From contig OX597839.1 of the NCBI GenBank assembly GCA_951406725.2, positions 19,158,001-19,222,000 on the forward strand: a DNA stretch of 64,000 bases, written 5' to 3'. A model generated the notes under the pieces. It saw only the letters and a program-made list of their open reading frames with translations. It made no database searches and was not told the origin of the DNA. The position numbers and the translations under genes were made by a program. This document shows, piece after piece, positions 29,031 through 43,410 of this stretch. Positions within the stretch are counted from its first letter, which is position 1, and each line of letters begins with the position of its first letter. This stretch comes from Octopus vulgaris. Lineage: Eukaryota.

Positions 29031-29389
29031 ATTTAGTTGCAGATGTCGCTGAAATAGTCATAATTGTTTTGTTTTAACAGTAGTTGTAAGTTCGATAGTA
29101 AAATTGTAGTATTGGTGGTAGTACTGGAAGTAATAGAACTTGTAGTAGTAGATGCTGTCGTTGAAGGAGGCATATTTGTACCAATAGTAGCTGTGTGTGT
29201 AGTAGCAAAGAGGGTATACATATATATATATGTATGTATACAAAAAGCAATAAAGATTCAAGTTAATTTAAATGAATTTACTTGAATATGGTACCTAACT
29301 TAGATGCACCAAAAAAAACTATACTGTTTTAACAATACAGTAATGTGGGGTGATTATAAGCGAGAAAGAAGCAACAAGAATGGATAGGT

Positions 29390-29480
29390 TTTTAGTACAA
29401 TCGTTTCATACAAGGACAGGCTTTATTAAAAGTTGCAAAAATTACAGCATATAAACGTGTCCCGTACTCATCAGCTAAAA
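29390..29480 (-). ncRNA. Type I hammerhead ribozyme, inverted copy of 29814-29904
   Basis: Reverse complement of the plus-strand motif, in the left arm of the palindrome. Confidence 0.82.
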
Positions 29481-29813
29481 TACATGTGAGTTCTCTAGAC
29501 ATCCTAGTGGTTGAGGCTATACTCATGAGGTAATGTAGATAATTAAGTAACATAAACAGATTTCCAAAGTTCATTAAAGTTCTTTAAAGATGATGTATAG
29601 TCTTATCACAGAATTTTAAAAAAGTTTTAATAGCATCACAGAGAAGGTGACCTAATCCATAGTGCACATATGAATTAAAATTCTGTGATAAGACTATACA
29701 TCATCTTTAAAGAACTTTAATGAACTTTGGAAATCTGTTTATGTTACTTAATTATCTACATTACCTCATGAGTATAGCCTCAACCACTAGGATGTCTAGA
29801 GAACTCACATGTA

Positions 29814-29904
29814 TTTTAGCTGATGAGTACGGGACACGTTTATATGCTGTAATTTTTGCAACTTTTAATAAAGCCTGTCCTTGTATGAAACGATTGTACT
29901 AAAA
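29814..29904 (+). ncRNA. Type I hammerhead ribozyme, intact core, extended stem II
   Basis: ttttag-CTGATGA-gtacgggaca...tgtccttgtat-GAAA-cgattg-TA-ctaaaa. 6-bp stem I; predicted cut after 29898. Confidence 0.82.
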
Positions 29905-29959
29905 ACCTATCCATTCTTGTTGCTTCTTTCTCGCTTATATATGTATACATATATATAAT

Positions 29960-30160
29960 CAAAAAAAAAAAAAGAAAAGGAAAAAAACAACAACGCTGTG
30001 ACGTGGTACATGCAAAGTATTAAAAGACGCCCAGGGAAGGAAAGAGAGTGTGTTTTACGTTTCGAGCAAAGCTCTTCTTCAGAAACAGGAGATGGAGGAA
30101 AGTCCAAAAGAAAAAGAAGATGGAGGAAAAACACGCCAACAATCCACGTTAAATTGTGGA
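29960..30160 (-). mobile_element. Solo PLE pseudo-LTR/3' end, same family as 11900-12101
   Basis: Hammerhead followed by ttccctgggcg...taata and a T-rich tail; flanked by TA-rich repeats. Confidence 0.7.
30051..30087 (-). ncRNA. Minimal type I hammerhead ribozyme, intact core
   Basis: Minus strand: tgttt-CTGAAGA-a-gagc(ttt)gctc-GAAA-cg-TA-aaaca. Perfect 5-bp stem I, 4-bp stem II, palindromic ACGT stem III. Confidence 0.85.
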
Positions 30161-30855
30161 ATATATATATATATATATATATACACGCACACACACACGC
30201 ATGCACACACACACGCATGCACACACACACGCATGCACGCACACACATGCACACACACACTTGTATGCATATAAATGTATACACAAGTGACGTTTAATAT
30301 TTTAAACGCCTTTTGTGTTTACCGTTTTTCACAAACATTAGAGCACAAAGCGCTCCTCAAGAATGCAGGTTCGTGAGATGGTTGTGATCTGTCAACAGTT
30401 TTGAGTAGCTACGGGGAAAAGAAGCATGAATACATCAAACATGTGAACACTGAATTCGTAAAACGGAAGAGAAGAATAAAAACCGCAATGTCAAGCAAAT
30501 TATATTATATTCTGCAGGCCACGTAGCTTTGCTGCAATTTCTTGCCGCCTTTTCCTCAGCCAATACGAAATAGGCGTTTCTCATTTGGCTGGAAATCCTC
30601 AGTTTTGGTTGTATTAGTTCTTCTGCTTTGCAATTCACATTTCATTTACTTGCTTCACTCATTGGACTGCGGCCATACCTGATCAACGCCCTATAGGCTT
30701 TTAGCGGAACAAATCCAGCCACGTAATTAATTGTAAGTCTGACACTTTTTCAATCGGTCCCTTCTGCCGAATTGCTCCCGTGGCGCAACTTAACTAACAT
30801 CGGTTATGTTGTAGTGGCAGGGTAAAAGAACAAACAAATACATACATAGATAATT

Positions 30856-30901
<46 letters not shown>

Positions 30902-30905
<4 letters not shown>

Positions 30906-31034
30906 GAGACAAAACCACTATTTTAAAACCAAACAAGGAAAGACTTAATCAATACATAAAATTTTATATTAAAATTTTATGTATTGATTAAGTCTTTCCT
31001 TGTTTGGTTTTAAAATAATGGTTTTGTCTCGAAT
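30902..31034. repeat. Near-perfect AT-rich palindrome (~133 bp) next to (TA)n
   Basis: attcgagacaaaaccactattttaaaacc... mirrored by ...ggttttaaaataatggttttgtctcgaat, with a loop of only a few bases. Confidence 0.9.
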
Positions 31035-31119
31035 TATATTATATAATATTTTACTATAAAATTGGATTTAACCCTAAATCTGATTTTTCCCTGTAATTTT
31101 GGATTCATTCCCTAATATT

Positions 31120-31165
<46 letters not shown>

Positions 31166-31168
<3 letters not shown>

Positions 31169-31315
31169 CGCAGGTATAGCTGTGTTGTAAGTAGCTTGCT
31201 TACCAACCACATGGTTCCGGGTTCAGTCCCTTGGGCAAGTGTCTTCTACTATAGCCTCGGGCCGATTAAAGCCTTGTGAGTTGATTTGTTAGACGGAAAC
31301 TGAAAGAATCCCGTC

Positions 31316-31376
<61 letters not shown>

Positions 31377-31566
31377 GAGAGAGAGAGAGATATGTATGTG
31401 TGTTTGTGTGTCTTTGTCCCCACAACATCGCTTGACAACCGATGCTCAGACTTATAGAATAAGTACTGGGCTTACAAAGAATAAGTCCTGAGGTGGATTT
31501 GCTCGACTAAAGGCGGTGCTCCAGCATGGCCACAGTCAAATGACTGAAACAAGTAAAATAGTAAGA
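31166..31566 (+). mobile_element. SINE family A
   Basis: Head at 31166, internal (TA)n, tail tgactgaaacaagtaaaa. Confidence 0.85.
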
Positions 31567-31763
31567 GTATGTACATACACACAATAAATGGCATTTTTAC
31601 ACATGACAAATCTTGTTGATACATATTTCATTTGACTGACAGCTATATATATACACAAGTACAAAACTGAATAAATAAAGACTCACATATCTTAATATAC
31701 ACCCATTCTCTATTTCTCCCACTCGCTTGTTCTCTTTATATCTATATTTGTTTATCAAATTAT

Positions 31764-31800
<37 letters not shown>

Positions 31801-31931
31801 GTGTGCGTGTGTTTGTGTACACACAGTCATGTCTATTTGCACCCTGCCATACAAGTAGCCAAATGCTATCAGCCAATCATGACCCTTTCGTACTTTCAGT
31901 TGTCAAAATTAATAACTACGATTGCAACTTT

Positions 31932-31992
<61 letters not shown>

Positions 31993-32646
31993 GGAAGAAG
32001 AGGCAGAAGAAAGGCAGAATGTTTTGTTCTTTTTCTTTTTCCTTTCTTCCAGAAGAAAAAAGTGTTACTAGGAGAAAAGAAAAAGGATGGAGGGTGGAAA
32101 GAAAGAAAAAAAAATGAATGCCGGTGACGATGACGGGAATGATTATAAAGAGCAGCGGGTAAATGATGAGGCACAGAGATATGAATGAGTCGGAGGGGCA
32201 CCAATAAACCCACATCGAAATTCTTATTTTCGTATTTTTTCCCTATTTTATTCTTCGTAAAAAAAACCTATAAAATAGAATAATGAAACGGAATAAAAAA
32301 AAAAGGCATATTGAAGGCATTTAAAAAAGCATAGAATTCTCCACTCAACAATACAAAAACAATAAGAAAATACTAAATGCTCAAATGAAGAGAGACAAAA
32401 TGGCAACGAGAAACAATAATAAGCGAACCCAAAAGAACAAGAAAAATATATATGAGAATCTATACATAACTGAACAGAAAGGTCTTGTAATTAACATTAT
32501 GCTGTTGTTACGGCTACAGATATGGCGGCAATATTGGTGTCGCGGGTGTTTTGCTCACTCTCCCCCCTCTGATTTATATATATATCTATATATATCCGAG
32601 TATATACATACTTGCACACGCATATATGTATATATTCATGTCTATG

Positions 32647-32696
<50 letters not shown>

Positions 32697-32773
32697 TACA
32701 TGTATATGCTTATACATATATATAGATATATAGGTATATATATATATAATATACATATATACATGTATATGCT

Positions 32774-32835
<62 letters not shown>

Positions 32836-32976
32836 CATATATATGTATATGATACATATATATAGATATATAGGTATATATATATATAATATACATATAT
32901 ACATGTATATGCTTATACATATATATAGATATATAGGTATATATATATATAATATACATATATACATGTATATGCT

Positions 32977-33029
<53 letters not shown>

Positions 33030-33030
<1 letters not shown>

Positions 33031-33288
33031 AGCCCGTCGTATATATGTATATATATATATATATATATATGCGTGTGTGTGTTTGTGTGTCTGTGTTTGT
33101 CCCCCTAGCATTGCTTGACAACCGATGCTGGTGTGTTTATGTCCCCCGTTACTTAGCGGTTCGGCAAAAGAAACCGATAGAGTAAGTACTGGGCTTACAA
33201 AAGAATAAGTCCCGGGGTCGAATTGCTCGATTAAAGGCGGTGCTCCAGCATGGCCGCAGTCAAAATGACTGAAACAAGTAAAAGAGTA
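33030..33288 (+). mobile_element. SINE family A 3' part
   Basis: agcccgtcgtatat...gactgaaacaagtaaaagagtaa. Confidence 0.82.
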
Positions 33289-33381
33289 ATATATACGTGT
33301 ATATGCTTATACATATATATATAGGTATATATATATAAAATATACATATATATATGTATATGCTTATACACATATATATAT

Positions 33382-33417
<36 letters not shown>

Positions 33418-33419
33418 TT

Positions 33420-33532
<113 letters not shown>

Positions 33533-33582
33533 ATACATATACATATATACATGTATATGCTTATATACATATAGATATATAG

Positions 33583-33623
<41 letters not shown>

Positions 33624-34409
33624 TATATATACTTGCATGTGTTTGTATATACATAGGTATATATATATATATATGTCTTTTTGTGTGGTGTCCTGTACAT
33701 ATATTTTTATATATACATGTATATATACATGTAGATGTCGGTACGTACATATATGTTTGTATGTATGCATATATTTTATTTATTACACTATATATATATA
33801 TATATATATAATTATAAATATATATATATATAATTATATATAATTATAAATATATATATATATAATGATATATATATATCATAGACGTATATATGTATAC
33901 AAACATATATGTGTTTATGTCTGTATGTGTATATATATATATATATATAAGATATATATACATATAGTACATGTATATGTGTGTGTGTGTATTTATACAT
34001 GTATACACACACACATATATATATTTATATATACACACACACACATGTACGTGTGTGTGTGTGTGTGTGTTTCATGACACCTACCCCTCTCTTTCCTCCT
34101 CAGCCTCTTTCCTCTCATTTTTATCTTGCTATTTATATCTAATATATTTATCTTCTTTAATCATATGTTATATGAAGAGCTGACAAAAATTGACGCTTTA
34201 ATTTTTGCTGACACCATCACCTCCTCCGCTTCTTCTTCTTCTTCTTCTTCTTCTTCTTCTTCTTCTTCTTCTTCTTCTTCCTCCTCCTCCTCCTCCTCCT
34301 CCATTTGCCACCATTTTTATTCTCCGCGACCCTTTATGTTTTTCTGATTCCATTCCTTCCATGTTATCTTCTATCCCATCTTTCTGTCTTTCTGAGTTTC
34401 TCTCGCCTC

Positions 34410-34439
<30 letters not shown>

Positions 34440-34445
<6 letters not shown>

Positions 34446-34769
34446 TTATAATTATATACATCATTATAACTAGGATCGGCATTACGCCTCACCACGCACT
34501 GCAAGAAATAGACGCTAAAGCCCCGATTATCACCTTAAAATCTCCGAGAATTACACACTATATTGTAGGCGAGCAAAAGAAAAATAATGAATGAACAGAT
34601 ACCCGAACCTTGTTGGTACATTAGTTTTCCTTTGCTCGCCTACAATATAGTGTGTTATTCTCGGTGATTTTAAGGTGCTAATAGGGGCTTCAGCGTCTAT
34701 TTCTTGAAGGGCGCGGAGAGGCGTAAAGCCGATCTCTTGTTATAATAATGTATATAATTATAAAATATT
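34440..34769. repeat. Imperfect ~330-bp fold-back (MITE-like or PLE-type inversion) adjoining (TA)n
   Basis: atattttataattatataca...acacactatattgtaggcgagcaaa mirrored by tttgctcgcctacaatatagtgtgt...tgtatataattataaaatat. Confidence 0.85.
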
Positions 34770-35003
34770 TTGAATATATTTTTGAAAATAAAATATCTTG
34801 AAAAACCTATGAGGTTTTTATTTCCGCACTGACCGCCTGGTAAAATAATTATTGATTTTTACCCTTTTATTATAATTACTATTTGAAGATAGATAGATAG
34901 ATGGAGAGATAGATGGATGGATGGATGGATGGATGGATGGATGGATGGGTAGATAGATAGATAGATAGATAGATGGATGGATGGATGGATGGATGGATGG
35001 ATG

Positions 35004-35063
<60 letters not shown>

Positions 35064-35092
35064 TATATATATATATATATATATATAGATAG

Positions 35093-35183
<91 letters not shown>

Positions 35184-35189
35184 GATATA

Positions 35190-35374
35190 AGGAGAGTTTA
35201 CGAAAAAAACAAAAGACGAAGACAGCTGGTGTACAAAACAAACAGATGTATTAGTATAACGCTCAGGAATAGAAAAGTCTTTTACGTTTCGAGCCTACGC
35301 TCTTCTACAGAAAGGGACACAGAAAAAACAAGGAGAGAAAAAATGTGTGTAGTGGCTAACGATCAATCATGGCG

Positions 35375-35375
<1 letters not shown>
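35190..35375 (-). mobile_element. Solo PLE pseudo-LTR with variant hammerhead (CTGTAGA, 35279-35314) inside (GATA)n
   Basis: Minus strand: cttt-CTGTAGA-a-gagc(gtag)gctc-GAAA-cg-TA-aaag, then ttcctgagcg...taata. (GATA)n on both sides. Confidence 0.72.
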
Positions 35376-35443
<68 letters not shown>

Positions 35444-35457
35444 TACATATGCATGTA

Positions 35458-36090
35458 CAAGCAGGAGGACCCGGTTTCACTCGAGTTGTAAGCTCATAGC
35501 TGTAACACAGTAATCTTTGTTTGTAGTATAAAGTTAGTGCATTTCTCAGAAATACTTTTAAAACACAATGGTTTTACACTTCTGTACATTACATGCATAT
35601 ACTGTTCATGTAAGTCCTTCTTCATATATTATGTTTTCTGTCTTGCCATGTTTATCACTGAGAATGTAGAGGTTCTTTTCATCTCCAACTCTGGAACATC
35701 CAGCATACAGCTGGTCATGTGAGAAGCATGGTTGAAGGAGGTTAAACCCCACCACCTTAAGCGATTGACCTTGTGTTTTGTTGATAGACATTGCAAAGCT
35801 CAGTTTGACAAGAAACTGGAATCTCTTGAGCTGAAAGGGGAAGATCATTTGTGATGAGAGGGATCCTTGCAGTGAAGACATTCTCAAGCATCATGTTGCC
35901 TGTAATTATTGTTGCTTCCAACACCTGGGGCATGGCTGTTTTAACAACCAGCCTTGTTCCATTGGTGAGTCTGGGTGCATCAAGTTTTCTTAACAGCATT
36001 ATAGGAGCACCTGTTTTCATGATCAGAATATATGGCTGAAATCCTGGTGTTTGAAGTGAATTGAGGAATAAGTAAAGGTCTGATCTTTAA
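35458..36090 (-). pseudogene. Helitron 3' fragment encoding the PIF1-like (SF1) helicase C-terminus, frameshifted
   Basis: [23 protein letters not shown]...EATIITG...RIPL, then [30 protein letters not shown]...PCFSHDQLYAGCSRV. Hairpin-like segment and CTTG|T end near 35458. Confidence 0.9.
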
Positions 36091-36098
36091 ATAAATTT

Positions 36099-36162
<64 letters not shown>

Positions 36163-36220
36163 TCTACTGATTACACTAATATTCTTAAAATTGAGTTTCT
36201 CATTTAATATTAAAATATAT

Positions 36221-36385
36221 AGGCGCAGGCGTGGCTGTATGGCAAGAAGCTCGTTTTCCAACGATATAGTTCCGGGGTCAGTTCCACTGCGTAGCACCTT
36301 GGTCAAGAGTCTACTACAACCTCAGGACGACAAAATCCTTGTGATTGGATTTGGTAGACGGAACCTGAAAGAGGCCCGTCGTACA
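36221..36385 (+). mobile_element. SINE family A 5' half
   Basis: ggcgcaggcgtggctgt...gcccgtcgta. Confidence 0.75.
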
Positions 36386-36806
36386 TATATATATATATAT
36401 ATATATCTGTATGTGTGTGTATGAACGTATGTATGGTTAACACAAGGCAGTGATGTTTGGACTTTTAAATCCTATCAAATATATTTGCGACATATGTGAA
36501 ATGAATTTGTATTGCTGGAAAGCAGACCTGTTGATGCCTGATCATAAAAAAGACGGCTTAACCTAGGAATTACAACCGTGTTTCGTGGTTTGCTACCACA
36601 ACAGCTCATTTATAGGATTCAGTTAGCTCAAGACATCATCAGGAGGAGGAACGGCTTGAGCTAAGCTATTCCTTCCACGTTGAATGAAACTTAAGCAACT
36701 TGTCCCAAATAAGACACTGCATAACATAAACATACTCACATCTATAAATGTACATACATTTACATCTATCTATCTATCTCTATTTCCATCTATCTATCTA
36801 TCTATT

Positions 36807-36863
<57 letters not shown>

Positions 36864-37107
36864 TTCTATCTATCTATCTATCTATCTCCCTACCTCCCTA
36901 CCGCCCTACCTACACCGATGATTTGGCAATTGATGCCAAAAATATTTTTAAAAAATGAAACAAATGCTGTTTTCGACGTGATCAGTTTGTTAAACAGTCC
37001 TAATATTACAAAATTCAAATGTTAATTTATTAGTTATCAAAAAAGCGTAAGAGCGTAGGACGGGTGAGTTTTCTGTTAAAGAAGTGACGTTTTAACGATA
37101 TATATAT

Positions 37108-37145
<38 letters not shown>

Positions 37146-38189
37146 GTATACAGGTATAATGTAAACATTTTATATATGTACATATATGTATACACATATA
37201 AAATAATATATGACATACATACATATACACACTTACACGCGCACAGACAGACACACGCATATATATACATATATATATATATAAATATACACATATATAT
37301 TTAGCTTGCAATACCATCACACAAGTGGTTATTATAATTGGGTTTCCATCTAATTCTGTACTTTTATTATTGTATGACCCCTGGCATATATGTGTGTGTG
37401 TGTTTGTGTGTGTGTAGTTTTGTGTGTGGAATCATTAAAGTACAAATTTAAATGAAAACTTAACCAGAACATGCTCATGTATAATAATATTGATTATTCA
37501 TTCCACTCTCAATTCAACTCGAAACTTCAAAACGGTGATGTAGTAACACGATTATTCAGTAGTTGAAATGAGTTAGATGTCGTCCTGAAATCAATATATA
37601 TTTAAGTAAAATGGACAAATAACTCATAAATAAACGGATTTATTATAAAATTAACAATTTATTTGTATTTACGCTGCCGTTGTAAACATTTTAAAATCTT
37701 CAAATATACAAATTATTGCATAATTATATTATGTTAGAATGCTTTTCTATTAATAATATGTAAATATATTAATAAGGGTATAAACAAATATAACCTACTC
37801 CGAAATAAAAGCAAGATGATACAGTCATATTTATTATCGATCAGTTGAGCGTTAACCAAAAGCCTATGTAGTTTTTATGCTACTTGTTTCAATCATTGGA
37901 GAGCAGGCATGATGAGGCTCCCTTTCGATGGGTTCAGTCGAACGAATTGACATCATTGCTTAGCTTTTTGTTATGGCCTGGGTATACACGTCTGGTGTAA
38001 AATGGTATTACACAAATAAATAGTTGGTTGTGGTTATCTAAAACTAACCAATCGCAGAAATATATGTTAACACAGAACGCATTCCATACTACTCAAACGT
38101 AGGTACGATTGTGAGTATTCCACTGTTCAACTATCGACTGTTAAACCGACTCACGGTCGAACTAACAACATCAACTACTCCCTAACACT

Positions 38190-38670
38190 TCACTCAGTGT
38201 TCAAAAACAACGTTGCAAAGCGTTTAGATTGGAGTAAAAACCTACAGAATTAGTCTCTAGAGCAGTGGAAGAATGTTATTTTCTCGGACGAGTCATCCTT
38301 TACCTTATTTCGAACACCGGCCGAGTATACGCGAGAAAACAGCCAAAACAAGCATTTGACACATACTACCTTCTTCCAACTGTTTTACATGGAGAAGGAT
38401 GTGTGATGATCTGGGGGTGGGGACTATATCTTGGAAATCCGCCAGCCCAATGTTTTCTCTTCATGGCAGAATTAATAGTCAAGACCATTTAAGCATTTTA
38501 TCTGATCAAATAATGAGTCAATATCTTCACCATCATCACTAAAAGAATTGGAGACTGTTTTAGCTGAAGAATGGACAAAAATTCCTTTGAAAACAATTCA
38601 AAGTACGTACAAGATAGCTCGTAGAATTCAAGCTGTAATTACAGCCAAAGGCGGTCCTACTCTATATTAA
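38190..38670 (+). pseudogene. Degenerate Tc1-family transposase fragment
   Basis: Manual translation: NVAKRLDWSKNLQN*SLEQWKNVIFSDESSFTL...PTVLHGEGCVMIWG...LAEEWTKIP...RRIQAVITAKGGPTLY*. Confidence 0.85.
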
Positions 38671-38704
38671 AATAAATTTGCTTGAAATTTGAAGGTGCTT
38701 CCAT

Positions 38705-38985
38705 CACATGGGATCACTCCAAAATATGATGTTGACTGGATGTTTGATTTTTACCACTCGCAGTCAAACACTCTGAAATGTTCGTATTGGAGCTTTCGGC
38801 GCGAATGCCAAGCAGTACAGCATATATTTTCCAAATTTCCGGCAGAGCGTAATGCGTTATGGTGCTGTTTTTCTCACAGATGGTGCCCAACTTACCCTAT
38901 TATGCTGTGTAGTAGACAAAATCCAAAACAATGCGCATGCGCAGAATTTAAAATATTAAAAGGGAGAGAAATGACCCATCGCACC

Positions 38986-38988
<3 letters not shown>
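38705..38988. mobile_element. Probable Tc1-like terminal fragment ending at a TA
   Basis: Ends ...atgacccatcgcaccCTG|TA, a Tc1-type terminus, next to (TA)n. Confidence 0.45.
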
Positions 38989-39044
<56 letters not shown>

Positions 39045-39285
39045 GAATACAAATGGCGTTTGTGTTTTATTTGAATATTTTCGCCACTTCTGGAACAAAC
39101 TAATTCTGGAGTCGAATCTTTTGTTCAAATTGGATTTGGAACTTTCGTATGTGTAGCATCTTCAAAAACCTAGATGTACGTTTGATATATATTCATTGAT
39201 TTATACCTCACTACGAACTCTATGTCCTCGCCCCTAGCCATATCTGGCGCCTTATGTGTTGGTGTGCCTAGATTCTATTGAATCC

Positions 39286-39320
<35 letters not shown>

Positions 39321-39831
39321 CAGTGTTTTAGATTCCGCTTACCATATCCACTCAGAAACGTTTGATTGACCCAGGGTTAGAGTAGGAGATATTTGTCCAA
39401 AGTACCACTTAGTGAGATTGAACCCCGAACTAAAGTGTTCCAAAGCAAGCTTCTTAACCACACAGCAACCTCTGCGTCTATATTGGTATTCCCAATTAAA
39501 GCTATTACACGCAATCAGGAAGACAAAAAAACGTATATGTTATTCTAATTCAATGACATTTTCTCAAATAATTCACTAATCGAATTATTGATAACTATGA
39601 GAAAAATTTAATAACGAGTAAACAAGTGTGGGCAAATATTTAGGCTAGAATTAACGAGTGCATTAAACACAGAAATGTACTGGAAGAAAATTTATGAAAT
39701 TAATATATTATTTGATGATAAATTCTCGAAAAATCATTCGGAAATATTCATGTCAATTTTTCAATAAATAAAAAATATTCTGATCCACAAATTCAAAGCA
39801 ATTTATAAGAAAGTCATATATATACATATAT

Positions 39832-39900
<69 letters not shown>

Positions 39901-39973
39901 CACTCGTAATTATAAAGAAACAAACACAAGAATATGAAGATATAGAGGAACATAGAAACAAATATTTCTAAAC

Positions 39974-40029
<56 letters not shown>

Positions 40030-40032
40030 ATA

Positions 40033-40083
<51 letters not shown>

Positions 40084-41004
40084 TTATATTGTTATGTTCC
40101 TCTCAAATCATTAAACACAGAAATTATATATTCGAGTATGCAGTAACTAAATTATTTTAATATGAATGTATCAATTTGTACTCAAGGAATGGAATATATA
40201 TACATATATATGTGTGTGTGTAAAGGTATGTATGTATGATGGCACATGATAGGGTTGTTAGGGGCTTACAATCAGGTTCGCGAGATAGTGGTTCCAGCTC
40301 TGGAACTGCGTGGTCCCGTTGCCTTCTTGAGCAAAACAATACAACTCGCGTTGCTTTCTGATCACAGTTTCATCCGACGCACGGCATACCGCGAAACTGT
40401 TCAGGCAACGGGTCATTCGAAGTTTTCTATCTTCAGTCAAGAACCAGATTATCCTCGCAATTTCGGCTGATTATTCTTGGAATATGAGTTTGCACGTGTG
40501 TACATCCATACATACACTCTCTCATACACACATCGTTATATTCGCAATAAACAAACAGAACACTCTATTCGCAATCATTTTTGATACAGGTTACAAGAAA
40601 TATATCAAATATACATGCAAGTATAGAAACACATCAGAATGCATCGACAAACACCTATTGTTTACAAGACAGCGCACGTGCACATTGTTTCCAAAGGTAA
40701 ACATTTAAGAGAAAAATTATTACATGGCGTTAGTTAATTGTAATCTAGCAAATTATAAATTTAGTAATAGGCTTTCTACTTTAGACTGTTAAAGAAATAC
40801 ATGATCAGGTAGAGAAAGACACATACACGGCAGCTCGCCTAACAATAGTTATGGTTAACTGAACGTTATATATACATATATACACTTTAAGCGAATGTGT
40901 GCGTGCGTGTGTGTATGTTTGAATCTACATATGCATAAAGTTCATTACATGCATATATATGGAGATATATATAACTTCATATAAATATATACATATTTAT
41001 ACAT

Positions 41005-41036
<32 letters not shown>

Positions 41037-41150
41037 CAGACACACACATATATATCCATATATATACATATGCATACATATAGCCATATATGTATATCCA
41101 CACACACATATATATATCCATATATGCAGTCATATACATATTTATATACA

Positions 41151-41187
<37 letters not shown>

Positions 41188-41208
41188 AAATACACTCATA
41201 CACACGTA

Positions 41209-41245
<37 letters not shown>

Positions 41246-41266
41246 AAATACACTCATACACACGTA

Positions 41267-41303
<37 letters not shown>

Positions 41304-41324
41304 AAATACACTCATACACACGTA

Positions 41325-41362
<38 letters not shown>

Positions 41363-41754
41363 TTTACATGTAGGCATGCATACACAGAAAAACATGTACA
41401 AAGAATGAATGAGTGAGAATAAACATACATTTTTCTCTATACATGTATATGAATGCAACATGGTTATATATAAATACACACACACAAAAAAACACACACA
41501 TAGATACACACACACACACACACATAAATATATAGAACCATATATACAGACACAAATATACATGAGTGTATGTGTGTGTGTGTGTGTGTGTATGTGTGTG
41601 TGTGTGTGTGTGTGCTTGTGCATTTGTCTACATGTTCGTATCCCGCAACGCATTGATACGTATATATATTATTAAAATGTTTATTTATATGCATTCATTC
41701 ATTAATAAATGTGTGCATACATGTAATTATATACAACATATGTATATACAATAT

Positions 41755-41785
<31 letters not shown>

Positions 41786-42131
41786 TGAATATCGTACATT
41801 CATACATATGTAAGCATATCCATACTGTACAGATGCGAAAAATTTTTGCAAGTGTGAATACTAATTCCTTGTGGTGTTTCCAGGGTTTTAATAAGAGCTG
41901 AGCAGAAAATAGTTTATATATAAATAGACAAACCACGTTGCTACGGCTGATAAAGAAACAAATACAGTAACGCACACACACACACACATATATATATGTG
42001 TGTGTGTTTGTGCGTGCATATATATATATATATATATATGTATATATGAACAAAAGGTTGCATAGACTTAAAGACTCACAATGGTAAATAACTCACATTA
42101 TATATTGGAATGGTATAGGATTTATATATAC

Positions 42132-42192
<61 letters not shown>

Positions 42193-42295
42193 TAATATAT
42201 ATATATAGAGAGAGAGAGAGAAAGAGACGCATATGCATACATACACATACATATCTGTATGTATGTATGTATCTATTTATCTATGTATACACACG

Positions 42296-42335
<40 letters not shown>

Positions 42336-42392
42336 AATACACATATAAACAAATGTATCCGCAATGTATTGCGTGTAAATTACACGCAGATC

Positions 42393-42452
<60 letters not shown>

Positions 42453-42500
42453 GTATATGTTGGAATGTATGGATATAAAGTGAGAAAGAGACAGCGATAC

Positions 42501-42574
<74 letters not shown>

Positions 42575-42578
42575 GAAC

Positions 42579-42653
<75 letters not shown>

Positions 42654-42961
42654 AGAGGGCATTTGATATACACCCACAGATATGTATATATATATATATG
42701 TATGTATTCATGTAGATATGTATATAAACAACATACTCTCACGCATCATGTTGTGGCGGTGGTGGTGGCGGTGTTAGTTAAAACTATATTTGGAAATTGT
42801 GGAAAAATATTTTAAATGTTTGCAATAGAGTTTTGTAAACAAGTTTAGAAATGCTTCTCTGTGGCAGTTATATTAATTAATTTTGTAAAACACCCACTTT
42901 TTTATAGCACAAGCACAAATTCTCATACATGGATGTGCATGCATATAAATTTTATACACCC

Positions 42962-43020
<59 letters not shown>

Positions 43021-43369
43021 TACAAATATACACATATATAATGATACAAATACTACACAAATTTATACAAGTGTATTCCTATGCATTCACATGAGAATAG
43101 TGTGCCTGTAAATGTATATACATGTCTATATATATATACATTTATTCATACATATATATCTAAATAAATATATATGTGTATATGCATGTAAGAATATATA
43201 TAATGTATGTATGTGTGTGTTTGCGCATATACACCTACATACATACATATATATGTGTGTGTGTGTGTATATATATATTTTTTTATGCTGCATAAGATCC
43301 TCACATATACACACAAAAACAGGATCATATGTTTATGTCAATATATGTACGTTTGTGTATGTGAGTGTG

Positions 43370-43410
<41 letters not shown>

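Larger units (their letters stand above)
29355..29939. repeat. Long inverted repeat: 265-bp arms (29355-29619 and 29675-29939) with a 55-bp spacer
   Basis: Arms read as exact reverse complements by eye; the ORF track gives the same 60-aa ORF on opposite strands (29392-29574 and 29720-29902). Confidence 0.95.

Noticed and set aside
29720-29902. Duplicated 60-aa ORF as a small protein gene
   Set aside because: The duplication follows from the palindrome; the ORF overlaps the ribozyme and has no recognisable motif.
35606-36020. Host PIF1 helicase gene
   Set aside because: Frameshifted, intronless, truncated, and followed by a Helitron-type 3' end.
36565-36650. Minus-strand CTGATGA...GAAAcacggttgTA hammerhead-like match
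   Set aside because: Stems I and II do not pair; likely chance.
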